NCBI GenBank assembly: GCA_049115495.1
Contig: JAGDZV010000005.1
Span: 56,901 to 120,900, forward strand
Source: Bacteroidia bacterium
GTDB lineage: Bacteria; Bacteroidota; Bacteroidia; CAILMK01; JACPUW01
DNA length: 64,000 nt
Direction of reading: 5' to 3'
In this document: positions 8,901 through 17,483 of the stretch, piece by piece
How positions within the stretch are numbered: position 1 is the stretch's first letter
Layout of the letters: the number at the start of each line of letters is the position of its first letter
Position numbers and translations under genes: made by a program
Notes under the pieces: generated by a model
What the model saw: the letters and a program-made list of their open reading frames with translations, nothing else
Databases searched by the model: none
What the model was told of the DNA's origin: nothing

Positions 8901-11900
8901 TTGATCTAGGTCTTATTTCACAAACCACGTATGTTGTAAGATTATCACGAAGAGCAGGAAACACTGATTATACAGGAGTGTCTAATGTTATTACTTTAAC
9001 TGTTTACCCTATACCAAGTGTTTCAATTACAAAAAACAATGACATTACATGTTTTGGAGCTGGCGATGGATCAGCAACAGTAAATGTATCATCAGGTACT
9101 GCACCATATTCATACTCGTGGTCATCAGGTTCAACTACAGCTGATGCTGATAATCTTACTGCAGGCACATATACAGTAACTGTAACAGATGCCAACGGTT
9201 GTTCGGCAACTGAGCAGGTGATAATTACTGAGCCCACAGAACTAACCGCAACAGTTACTTCTACCAATCCAACATGTAACGGAGGAAATGATGGAGCAGG
9301 AACTTGTGCAGCTTCAGGCGGAACAGCGCCATACGCTTATGCATGGAGCAATGGCAATAACACAGCAAACGCTCAAAATTTAACTGCCGGAACTTACAAT
9401 GTTGCTGTAACCGATGCCAATGGTTGTTCAGTTACTAAAACTGTTATAATCACTGAGCCATCTGATATAAATGTTTCTGTTGTAAGTAGCGATGTAACTT
9501 GTGGTGGTACAGTAGTAAAAACTTGTACCGTATCAAGATATAATAATAATAGCCATGCGATTTGGCTACCAAACTTGCCAAACGGAGTAAGTAACAAGTT
9601 TTGGTTTACCAACAACGCTGGTACTTTAACCCAATACCCTGACGGAACAGCGCACTTAACAGGAGAAATCTACAATGCTAGCGATGCTGGAAAAAGATTT
9701 GAAGTAAGTGTTTGGTTCTACAACAAAAGAGATTGGGCACAATGGAATGCTTTAGGAAGAAGTATTAAAGGAAATACCAATACTATAAACGGAAACAATG
9801 TTGATTGGACTTTCTATGAGATGGATCCAAACAAACAAAATACTTTAACAGGTTTATCAGACTACCAAGGCGATGTACTAAACCTAACCCATAAACCATC
9901 TAATTTAAATTTTGCATTCCAAATTGGAGTTGGCGCAAATGATAAAGATGGCGATTTCGGTATGAGTGGTTGGTTCAACTATACAGGAAGCTGGAGCGGC
10001 CATGGTGATTTCAACTTTGATGCAAGCTGTTCAGACGATAGCCAATGTGATGGTAGTGCTGTAGCAACAGCTTCAGGAGGTACATCACCTTACACCTATT
10101 CATGGTCAAACGGCGGCAATACAAATACAATTGACGAGCTATGTGAAGGTACTTATACTGTAACTGTAACTGATGCCAACGGGTGCATAAAAACAGAAAC
10201 AGTAACCATTTCTGCACCAGCAGCTCTTACAGCATCAATCAATGCAAACGACCCTGATTGTTCAGCCGGAAACAATGGATCAGCTTCAGTAAGCGTAACA
10301 GGAGGTACATCACCATATACCTACTCATGGTCAAATGGTGCAGCTGCAACATCTATTAGTGGCTTAAATGCCGGAATGTATTCAGTTACAGTAACCGATG
10401 CAAAGGGTTGTCAAACAATAGTTTCAACTACCCTTACATTGCCTTCATGTTGCAACGTAACAAATGGCGGTACCATAAGCGGCAACCAATCTAACTGCGG
10501 ACCATTTGATCCTAATCCAATTACTAGCTTAACATTACCAAGCGGTGGTCTTGGTGGCGTAGAATATGTTTGGTTACAAAGCAACACCTTAGTTCCAAAT
10601 ACAGTAGGTAATCCATATTGGACAGAAGTTCCAAATTCAAATAGTGAAACTTTTGATCCAGGATTAATAACTGAAACTACATACTACATCCGTTGCTCAA
10701 GAAGCATTGGTTGTACTTTTTATGCTGGAGAATCAAATGTTATAACCATTACAGTAAACGCTGCCCCTAGCATATCAATTACAAAAAACAATGACATTAC
10801 ATGTTTTGGAGCTGGTGATGGATCAGCAACAGTAAATGTATCATCAGGTACTGCACCATATTCATACTCATGGTCATCAGGTTCAAATTCAGCAGACGCT
10901 GATAACTTAAATGCAGGTACATATACAGTAACTGTAACAGATGCCAACGGTTGTTCAGCAACTGAGCAGGTAACCATTACCGAGCCTAGCCAATTAGTTG
11001 CTACCACTTCTAGCGTTGATGGTTCATGTTTAAATGCAAATGATGGATCAGCGACAGTAAGTGTAAGCGGTGGTACTTCACCATATAGCTATGATTGGTC
11101 AAATGGCGCAACAACGGCAACAATTAATAATGTAGTGGCCGGTACTTACTCGGTATTGGTAACTGATGCTAATGGCTGTGCTACAACAAAATCGGTAGTT
11201 GTAGATTTTGACGATAATGTAGCTCCGGTAGCTAATTGTAAGAATATTACAGTTCAATTAAGCTCAAATGGAACGGCAACAATTGTAGCTGCAGATGTGA
11301 ACAATGGCTCTACTGATAATTGTGGCATCGGATCAATGACCGTATCGCCAGCAAGCTTTGATTGCTCAAACGTTGGAAGCAATACAGTAACGCTTACCGT
11401 TACTGATGTTAATGGTAATACAGCAACATGTCAATCAACAGTAACAGTTGAAGACAATGTAGCACCAAGCGTATTATGTAAAACGGCTGTTGTTTATTTA
11501 GATGCAAGTGGTAAGGCTCAAGTAACCGTAAGTGATGTAGATAACGGATCTTCAGATGCTTGTGGAATTGATGCCATGTCGGTAAGCCCAACTCAATTTG
11601 ACTGTTCTCATGTAGGAACACCTCAAAGTGTAGTATTATCAGTAACTGATATTTACGGAAATACATCAACTTGTACTACTACTGTAAGTGTTGAAGATAA
11701 TTTGGATCCAGTAGCCAATTGTAAGAATGTAACAGTTGTACTTGATGCCAATGGCAACGCAAGCATAGCTGCTTCTGATATAAATGATGGCTCAACTGAC
11801 AACTGCGGAATAGCAAATTTGAGCTTATCTCAAAAAGATTTTGATTGCTCTCACATAGGAAATAATAGCATTACACTCACGGTTGAAGATGTTAACGGAA

Positions 11901-14900
11901 ACATTTCAACTTGTGCATCTACTATAACTGTAGTTGACGATGAAGACCCTACGATTTCAGGTGTTCCGGCTACAGTTACTGTTACGGCAAACGCCAACGA
12001 CTGTACACCATCAGTTTCATGGACTCCACCTACAGCGAATGACAACTGTACAGTAAGCCTTACATCTAATTACAACCAAGGTGATGATTTCCCAATTGGT
12101 TCAACAACGGTAACTTATACTGCCGAAGATGGTTCTGGAAATACGGCAACTGCTTCATTTAATGTTGTAGTAAACGCATCTCCAATAGTGGTTAATGTAA
12201 ACACTAGCGATGTAAGCTGTAATGGCGGTGCTGATGGTTCTGCAACAACAACTGTTAGTGGTGGTTGTGAGCCATACTCTTACTTGTGGTCTACAAATAG
12301 TACATCAACAAGTATCAGCGGATTATCGGCAGGAAATTATTCAATAACCATAACAGATGCCAATGGTAATTCTAAATCTGTAAACTTTACAGTGGGCGAA
12401 GCAAGTAAATTGGTAGCTACTGTTAGTGGTTCTGACCCTACATGTGCAACGGGTACTGATGGCTCTGCGACAGTTAACGTTAGTGGTGGTACATCTCCTT
12501 ACTCATATACATGGAGCAATAATGCCACTACATCAAGCATTAGCGGCTTAAGTTCAGGTACCTATAGTGTAACAATTACAGATGCTAATGGCTGTACAAC
12601 AACAGGTTCAGTTTCAATTGCACGTCCATTATGTTGTAACGTAACAAGTGGTGGTACCATTGGTAACGGTCAAGAAAATTGCGGTCCTTTTAATCCTGCA
12701 GCAATAACAAATACAATTAGCCCATCAGGGGGTCTTGGAGCACTTGAGTACTTATGGTTGCAAAGCAATGTAAATGTTCCAAATACAGTTGGAAACAGCG
12801 CATGGTCTCCAATTCCAAATTCAAATGCGGCTACTTATGATCCAGGTCAAATTACTCAAACTACATACTACATAAGATGTGCAAGAAGAGTAGGTTGTAC
12901 AGATTGGATAGGTGAATCTAATATTATAGCAATGATTGTTAACCCAGTACCAACAGTAAGCCTACAGGCACCGGCTACAGTATGTACAGGTGGAAACGAT
13001 GGAACCATTGACCTTACGGTTGGTAGCGGTACAGCTCCTTTTACTTATGCTTGGACCAAGAATGGTTTGCCATTTGACAATACTGAAGATTTAACCAATC
13101 TTGATGGTGGAATTTACGAAGTAACTGTTACCGATGCAAAAGGATGTTCTGCAACGGGTAGTGTTACAATAGGTATACAAGATGCTTTTGATCTTGAGGC
13201 AGTAATTGATGATGTAAACTGTTTTGGTGGAAACACAGGAGAAATTGATCTATCAATAAATGGCTCAAGTACCAACACATCAACAATGACTATTGATGAA
13301 GATATTTGGGTTGAAGACTTTGAAGATCTTGCCCTTTGTGTATCAAATGATAATGGTTCTACGGCTTGGTCTGTTTCAGGCTATGCCACTGGTTATGCGC
13401 AAGTAAAATCAATTAGCGGAAGCAAGGCATTTGATATGAACAATACAGATAATACAATTACTTGGAAGTCTGAATCAATTGATATTTCAAATCACACAGA
13501 TGTTGAGATTTCAGCAAAACTGTACGATTATGGTAATTTAGAGTCAGGTGATTTTATAAAAGTATACTACCAGATAGATGGTGGAAATGAAGTAGCTCTA
13601 ACAAACGGTATACATCATGATGACTTTGGATGTGAAACGGCGACAGCTACTGGTTTGTCAGGTAATTCAATTAAGCTAATTATATACACCAAAAACTCTT
13701 CTTCAAGCGAATATCACTGGTTTGATGATGTAACAGTTTCGGGTTCAAGAACGGTTACATATACCACATCTGACGTTTGGGTTGAGACATTTGAAGATAA
13801 CAGCCTATATGCAACATCTGATAATGGAACAACCGCTTGGCATAGCTGGAAGAACTCTTCAAGTAACTATGCTAAAGTAAAATCAAACAATGCTGGTAAG
13901 GTATTCCAAATGTCAGACGGTGATGCCAAATGGTATTCTGAGAAAATTGACATTTCAAACATGGCCAATGTAAGTGTAGATATTGAATTAGGTTCAGTGC
14001 AAGGAAACGAGCTTGATGCAAGCGGATCTTATGTAGACTGGATTAGAGTTTACTACCGCTTAGACAACGGAAGTTGGGAGTTTTTTGATACCAATTATGA
14101 TACAAAAGGAGAATTAAGCAGTAATAATATTCATGCCACTGTAGCCGGATTAAACGGAGATGACCTTGAACTTAAAGTTTGGGCGCATTCTACAACAACA
14201 AGTGAATACTATTTTGTAGACAATGTAACTGTAACGGCAAACACACCGGGTAACAGTTCAAACTACACCATACTTTGGTCAAACAATGAAACTACTGAAG
14301 ATATTACAGACCTTACAGCCGGAAACTATACGGTAACAGTAACTGATGTAAACGGATGTTCTGTAACAAAACAGTTTGTGGTTACTCAACCAAACGAGTT
14401 AGAGTTAAATGCTAATGTTGCTAAGGTATCTTGCCCAAGTACACCGGCTCAGCCAATATGCGAAGACGGAATCAAGGCTTTAGAAATACTTTTCACAGGT
14501 GCTAACGGAACAGACGTTGTTGTGAAAGATGCTAACGGAATTACCCTAGGGTCGTTTGTTAATGTAGATAATGGCGACATCTTATCTGTAACATCTTCAA
14601 GTGCCATTCAAGGACCAATAGAACTTTGTACCCCTTCTTGTGCAGGCAAACAAAATGGCCAAAATATTGCTCAGGGATGCCAGCCTAGTGTAAATGCGAC
14701 TTTCTCATGTAACAATGAGAGCGTTTATGTTTGTTCATCTAAGGACTTGTCAAATGTTGTATTGAAATTCTCTGACGGCACAGAATATAAATTCGACAAC
14801 TTAAGTGTTGGCAAATGCCATACCTTCTCAGGAAATGGTTCAAATGCTGGCAAAGAGATAGTTGGTGTTTGGATTAAGTCGGGTTGTAATTCTAGTAATG

Positions 14901-17200
14901 ATGGTCCTGGCTACGGAGAGTATGTTAGAAATGCTAATAGCGCAACTTGTCAATCGATTTCTCTTGATTGTACCAATGGTATTATAGGTGCTTCTTCATC
15001 TGATTTTGAAATAGTTTCTTTTGTAGATGTGAACGGAGTAAGCTCTGTTAATCAAACTCCAAATTCAATATGTGAGCTAGGTTTATCGGGTTTGTCGCAT
15101 GGAGAATTAATAACTGGTCAATTTGTATCAGAAGGAACTACAGTGTCAGCTGTGGCGAATGGTGGACACTTGAACGAGCTTATAGTATTTAATACCAATG
15201 AAACAAATACATCTGACCCTGATCTAGAAGTTAATATTGGAAACATATTAATATTTCCAGAAAATAACACGGATAACAATAACGATGGAATCTATGATGA
15301 TCCAGATGATCAAGCACAAGGTGGAACCATTACATTCAATTACTCAAGTCCAAGAGCTATTACATCATTAAAATTTGTTGATAGTGAAAATAGCAATGGA
15401 TGGATTAAGTGTTATGACGCTTCTAATAACATAATTATTAATAAGTCAATAGCAAATGCTGGAGATGCCTCTGTACAGGATATTACGCTGAATGCTTTCG
15501 GCGTATCCAAGATGGTTGTTTATTTCACAACGTCGGGCGGTATAGGAGATATAAAATATGATTGTGCTCAAGATGTTTGTGATGGAGCAATTGACCTAAG
15601 TGTTATAGGAGGAACAGCACCTTATTCATACACATGGAATAATGGCGAAACAACTCAGGATATTTCAGAATTATGTGAAGGAACTTACACTGTAACTGTA
15701 GCAGATGCCAATGGTTGTAGCAAAGAAATTCAGGTAGTAGTTGAAAGAGAAGCATGCTGTAATGTAACAGATGCTGGTAAAATTACCGGCAACCAAAACA
15801 GCTGTGGTGCATACACTCCAAGTCAAATTGAAGACTTAACGTCTGCAACTGGAGGAGCCGGAAACCTTGAATATGAATGGTATTACAGTACAAGTAGCAA
15901 TACATATAACTCAACTGATAATTCATGGAACAAATTCGACGGCGAAACTTCAGCTACACTTCAACCAGGGTTAGTTTCTGAAACTACTTATATAGTGAGA
16001 TTAGCCAAAAGAGAAAACTGTAGCGACTGGTTAGCATCTAATGTTATAAGCCTAATTGTTAAAGATGCGCCTACTGTAAGTATTAATGAAATAGTTGCAT
16101 CTACTTGCCAAGGTGGGTTACCTACAATAGAAGGAACAATAGGTGGCTCTTACACATCTTATCACTGGTTGTTCAATGGAAATAGAACTACTTTTTCTGG
16201 AACAACAATTAGCGATGCAGCACTAGGAGTTTATACTTTGGTGGTAACCAATGCAAGCGGGTGTGAAGTTACCGCTGATTATACATCAGCCGCTCCAGTT
16301 GGTCCAAGTGTAAGTGCAGATATTACAAATTCACTTGCTCAAACAAGTTCTAACTGCGATTGCGAAGGAAGAATGAGAAACTTCACAGTAGTTTACCAAG
16401 GCAATGGAAAAGATGTTACTGTTAGATTATATAACAAAAAGAAAAAGAGTATCAAAAAGATTTTCAACAAGGTTAATAATGGAGATGTATTAAGCTTTGA
16501 TGGCTATGATAAGTCGAATAGACATGAAGCATATGTGCATTTAAGAGTTGGAAGTGGCAGTTTTACTGAAATTCACACTTCTTGTTCAATTGATATTTTG
16601 GGTAACACTTATGGCGATTTCTATGTGCAGTCTTATGTAGATGGTGACGGAAACTCTTGTTCAGTGAACTCAGTATGTACTGGTGATATAGATGTAACAG
16701 TTAACACTGGTATTGCGCCGTACACCTACTCATGGTCAAATGGGGAAACCACTCAAGATTTAACGGATGTTTGCCCTGGAAATTACACTTTAACAATTAC
16801 GGATGCCAACGGATGTTATAGTCAAGAAACCTTTACTGTAGGTACAACATCAGCGAGTTCTACTAGAAGTACAGTTGCCAATAAAGAAACAGCTACTAGT
16901 GGAGAAATTAACAATATGAATGATCAATTCATCAATGCTAGTGAGTTATCAATATCACCAAACCCAACTAACGGTTTTGCCAAGGTTAACTTCATAATTA
17001 ATGAGTCTGCTAATGCCAATGTGTTTATTTCCGATATGGCAGGAAAGCAATTATTGAATGTATACGACGGGTTTACCGAAGGTGGTGTAAGTCAGCAAGT
17101 AAGTGTTGATTTGACCCAACTAAGAAGTGGTATTTACATGGTAGTAATTAGAACTTCAAGTGGTGAGTCTATGGTTCAACGAGTAGTGGTAAGTCGTTAA
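5936..17200 (+). CDS. giant mosaic T9SS-secreted surface protein/adhesin (SprB repeats, HYR-like repeats, several inserted domains, type A CTD)
   Basis: The ORF is open from 5810 (TTG), but ATG 5936 gives a signal peptide (MRVNF...LLILGITSFPNLEAFA). Many GGTAPYSYSWSNG...GTYTVTVTDANGC repeats, PVA.CKNITV.LD..G repeats, and C-terminal SPNPT...SGIYMVVIRT...QRVVVSR. Confidence 0.9.
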   Translation: MRVNFTYLWSIAKTTFSRQYWLMLLILGITSFPNLEAFANSESPEIISSALFTPQMPPDTDPPIVQLYTLVEVPVDTSNVINFANPNDLIQSIVEASSYEILYDTIAIDCDDVGQTFTMGVKVRDAFGNEWNGSTTVKPVDITPPVIEFKNKVVVQLDANGEATLTKSNIDLQSYDLCVGNNRSGSGLVYNISRTSFDCTDLPTAQVTVTVVDGSGNSESDSYTKSVVSNQLVYVKNDVIDEYSVTVNIDDCLPPVALCDDIEVTVGSNGFASISPADVDLGSYDNCTGVWYSTLTDSVFTCADAGTKKVSLSVYDFAGNMACCPVEVTVNFQDEKPTVICQDITVQLDANGEAEITAADIDGGSFDDCGIETMTIDKTSFTCSDIGDNFVTLTVCDNQGQCSECTATVKVISTNGVDLDIDVNNISCFGANDGSISISATGLSLTCDGFRTQTQGGWGTSCNGNNPGCYRDANFVTAFPSGLTIGCTGGNSATFTTSSAIQSFLPAGGSPGALSSNAINATSTSAGVLAGQLVALSLSVGFDAADPSFGSSPASLSNLKIIANGSPFDGMTVGEFLVIANEVIGGCNTSYSFSDVNDIASMINENFVDGTTNKGDLEIPSSFVWSNGATSNEITDLGPGNYSVTVTNCGISDCPIVKTFTISEPTELTATIEKTDATCDGEELVACSVSRYNSSSHAIWLPNLANGVSNKFWFENGAGSFVQYPDGTAHLTGEIYNANDAGKRFDVSVWFYNKRDWAQWSALGRGVKGNSGTINGNNVDWTFYEMDPNKQNTLTGKSDYLGDVLYLTHKPANLNYAFQIGVAANDKDADYGMSGWFNYTGSWSGHGDFNFDASCTTFEACDGIATVSVSGGTAPYSYSWSNGANSETAEFLCAGTYSVTITDANGCTTTQTDIVINEPSGCNVTDGGSIDGGQANCGSFDPVQFTSITSPSGGLGALEYKWMSSTVSATYTAGDNNWIEISNSNSEDLDLGLISQTTYVVRLSRRAGNTDYTGVSNVITLTVYPIPSVSITKNNDITCFGAGDGSATVNVSSGTAPYSYSWSSGSTTADADNLTAGTYTVTVTDANGCSATEQVIITEPTELTATVTSTNPTCNGGNDGAGTCAASGGTAPYAYAWSNGNNTANAQNLTAGTYNVAVTDANGCSVTKTVIITEPSDINVSVVSSDVTCGGTVVKTCTVSRYNNNSHAIWLPNLPNGVSNKFWFTNNAGTLTQYPDGTAHLTGEIYNASDAGKRFEVSVWFYNKRDWAQWNALGRSIKGNTNTINGNNVDWTFYEMDPNKQNTLTGLSDYQGDVLNLTHKPSNLNFAFQIGVGANDKDGDFGMSGWFNYTGSWSGHGDFNFDASCSDDSQCDGSAVATASGGTSPYTYSWSNGGNTNTIDELCEGTYTVTVTDANGCIKTETVTISAPAALTASINANDPDCSAGNNGSASVSVTGGTSPYTYSWSNGAAATSISGLNAGMYSVTVTDAKGCQTIVSTTLTLPSCCNVTNGGTISGNQSNCGPFDPNPITSLTLPSGGLGGVEYVWLQSNTLVPNTVGNPYWTEVPNSNSETFDPGLITETTYYIRCSRSIGCTFYAGESNVITITVNAAPSISITKNNDITCFGAGDGSATVNVSSGTAPYSYSWSSGSNSADADNLNAGTYTVTVTDANGCSATEQVTITEPSQLVATTSSVDGSCLNANDGSATVSVSGGTSPYSYDWSNGATTATINNVVAGTYSVLVTDANGCATTKSVVVDFDDNVAPVANCKNITVQLSSNGTATIVAADVNNGSTDNCGIGSMTVSPASFDCSNVGSNTVTLTVTDVNGNTATCQSTVTVEDNVAPSVLCKTAVVYLDASGKAQVTVSDVDNGSSDACGIDAMSVSPTQFDCSHVGTPQSVVLSVTDIYGNTSTCTTTVSVEDNLDPVANCKNVTVVLDANGNASIAASDINDGSTDNCGIANLSLSQKDFDCSHIGNNSITLTVEDVNGNISTCASTITVVDDEDPTISGVPATVTVTANANDCTPSVSWTPPTANDNCTVSLTSNYNQGDDFPIGSTTVTYTAEDGSGNTATASFNVVVNASPIVVNVNTSDVSCNGGADGSATTTVSGGCEPYSYLWSTNSTSTSISGLSAGNYSITITDANGNSKSVNFTVGEASKLVATVSGSDPTCATGTDGSATVNVSGGTSPYSYTWSNNATTSSISGLSSGTYSVTITDANGCTTTGSVSIARPLCCNVTSGGTIGNGQENCGPFNPAAITNTISPSGGLGALEYLWLQSNVNVPNTVGNSAWSPIPNSNAATYDPGQITQTTYYIRCARRVGCTDWIGESNIIAMIVNPVPTVSLQAPATVCTGGNDGTIDLTVGSGTAPFTYAWTKNGLPFDNTEDLTNLDGGIYEVTVTDAKGCSATGSVTIGIQDAFDLEAVIDDVNCFGGNTGEIDLSINGSSTNTSTMTIDEDIWVEDFEDLALCVSNDNGSTAWSVSGYATGYAQVKSISGSKAFDMNNTDNTITWKSESIDISNHTDVEISAKLYDYGNLESGDFIKVYYQIDGGNEVALTNGIHHDDFGCETATATGLSGNSIKLIIYTKNSSSSEYHWFDDVTVSGSRTVTYTTSDVWVETFEDNSLYATSDNGTTAWHSWKNSSSNYAKVKSNNAGKVFQMSDGDAKWYSEKIDISNMANVSVDIELGSVQGNELDASGSYVDWIRVYYRLDNGSWEFFDTNYDTKGELSSNNIHATVAGLNGDDLELKVWAHSTTTSEYYFVDNVTVTANTPGNSSNYTILWSNNETTEDITDLTAGNYTVTVTDVNGCSVTKQFVVTQPNELELNANVAKVSCPSTPAQPICEDGIKALEILFTGANGTDVVVKDANGITLGSFVNVDNGDILSVTSSSAIQGPIELCTPSCAGKQNGQNIAQGCQPSVNATFSCNNESVYVCSSKDLSNVVLKFSDGTEYKFDNLSVGKCHTFSGNGSNAGKEIVGVWIKSGCNSSNDGPGYGEYVRNANSATCQSISLDCTNGIIGASSSDFEIVSFVDVNGVSSVNQTPNSICELGLSGLSHGELITGQFVSEGTTVSAVANGGHLNELIVFNTNETNTSDPDLEVNIGNILIFPENNTDNNNDGIYDDPDDQAQGGTITFNYSSPRAITSLKFVDSENSNGWIKCYDASNNIIINKSIANAGDASVQDITLNAFGVSKMVVYFTTSGGIGDIKYDCAQDVCDGAIDLSVIGGTAPYSYTWNNGETTQDISELCEGTYTVTVADANGCSKEIQVVVEREACCNVTDAGKITGNQNSCGAYTPSQIEDLTSATGGAGNLEYEWYYSTSSNTYNSTDNSWNKFDGETSATLQPGLVSETTYIVRLAKRENCSDWLASNVISLIVKDAPTVSINEIVASTCQGGLPTIEGTIGGSYTSYHWLFNGNRTTFSGTTISDAALGVYTLVVTNASGCEVTADYTSAAPVGPSVSADITNSLAQTSSNCDCEGRMRNFTVVYQGNGKDVTVRLYNKKKKSIKKIFNKVNNGDVLSFDGYDKSNRHEAYVHLRVGSGSFTEIHTSCSIDILGNTYGDFYVQSYVDGDGNSCSVNSVCTGDIDVTVNTGIAPYTYSWSNGETTQDLTDVCPGNYTLTITDANGCYSQETFTVGTTSASSTRSTVANKETATSGEINNMNDQFINASELSISPNPTNGFAKVNFIINESANANVFISDMAGKQLLNVYDGFTEGGVSQQVSVDLTQLRSGIYMVVIRTSSGESMVQRVVVSR
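9023..10987 (+). repeat. near-identical intragenic direct repeat (9023-9235 and 10775-10987)
   Basis: One SprB module occurs twice 1752 bp apart, with only 2 mismatches over the first ~110 nt. Confidence 0.85.
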
Positions 17201-17222
17201 CACACATATATCATTCTTTGTA

Positions 17223-17261
17223 AGAAAAGCTTTGCCCTTGTGGTAAAGCTTTTCTTTTTTT
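17223..17261 (+). terminator. intrinsic terminator of the giant adhesin gene
   Basis: AGAAAAGCTTTGCC-cttgt-GGTAAAGCTTTTCT plus T-run. Confidence 0.85.
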
Positions 17262-17339
17262 GGGAGACCCTAATTCATATTTTATTTACACAAGTATAAA
17301 ACAGTAAAATCAGCACCTTTTACTTATTGTTTTTGCTTT

Positions 17340-17354
17340 TGGCACGGTACTTGT
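17340..17354 (+). promoter_or_regulatory. putative sigma-54 -24/-12 promoter
   Basis: TGGCACGGTACTTGT is a near-perfect match to TGGCACG-N4-TTGC. Confidence 0.7.
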
Positions 17355-17363
17355 AAAAACTAT

Positions 17364-17455
17364 AGTAAGCAATCAGAATTAAAATTTAGCCCAATAATCG
17401 AAGCCTAGTTAGCCTGAAGAGCCCACGGTTCCCAAAACCTGGGCTTTTCTTTTTT
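17364..17455 (+). ncRNA. candidate ~90 nt sigma-54-dependent small RNA
   Basis: Lies between a sigma-54-like promoter and a plus-strand hairpin + U-tract (AGCCCAcGGTT-cccaa-AACCTGGGCT-TTTCTTTTTT). No ORF; four AGCC motifs. Confidence 0.55.
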
Positions 17456-17483
17456 AAAAGAATTATTTTAGGTGCTGCTTATC

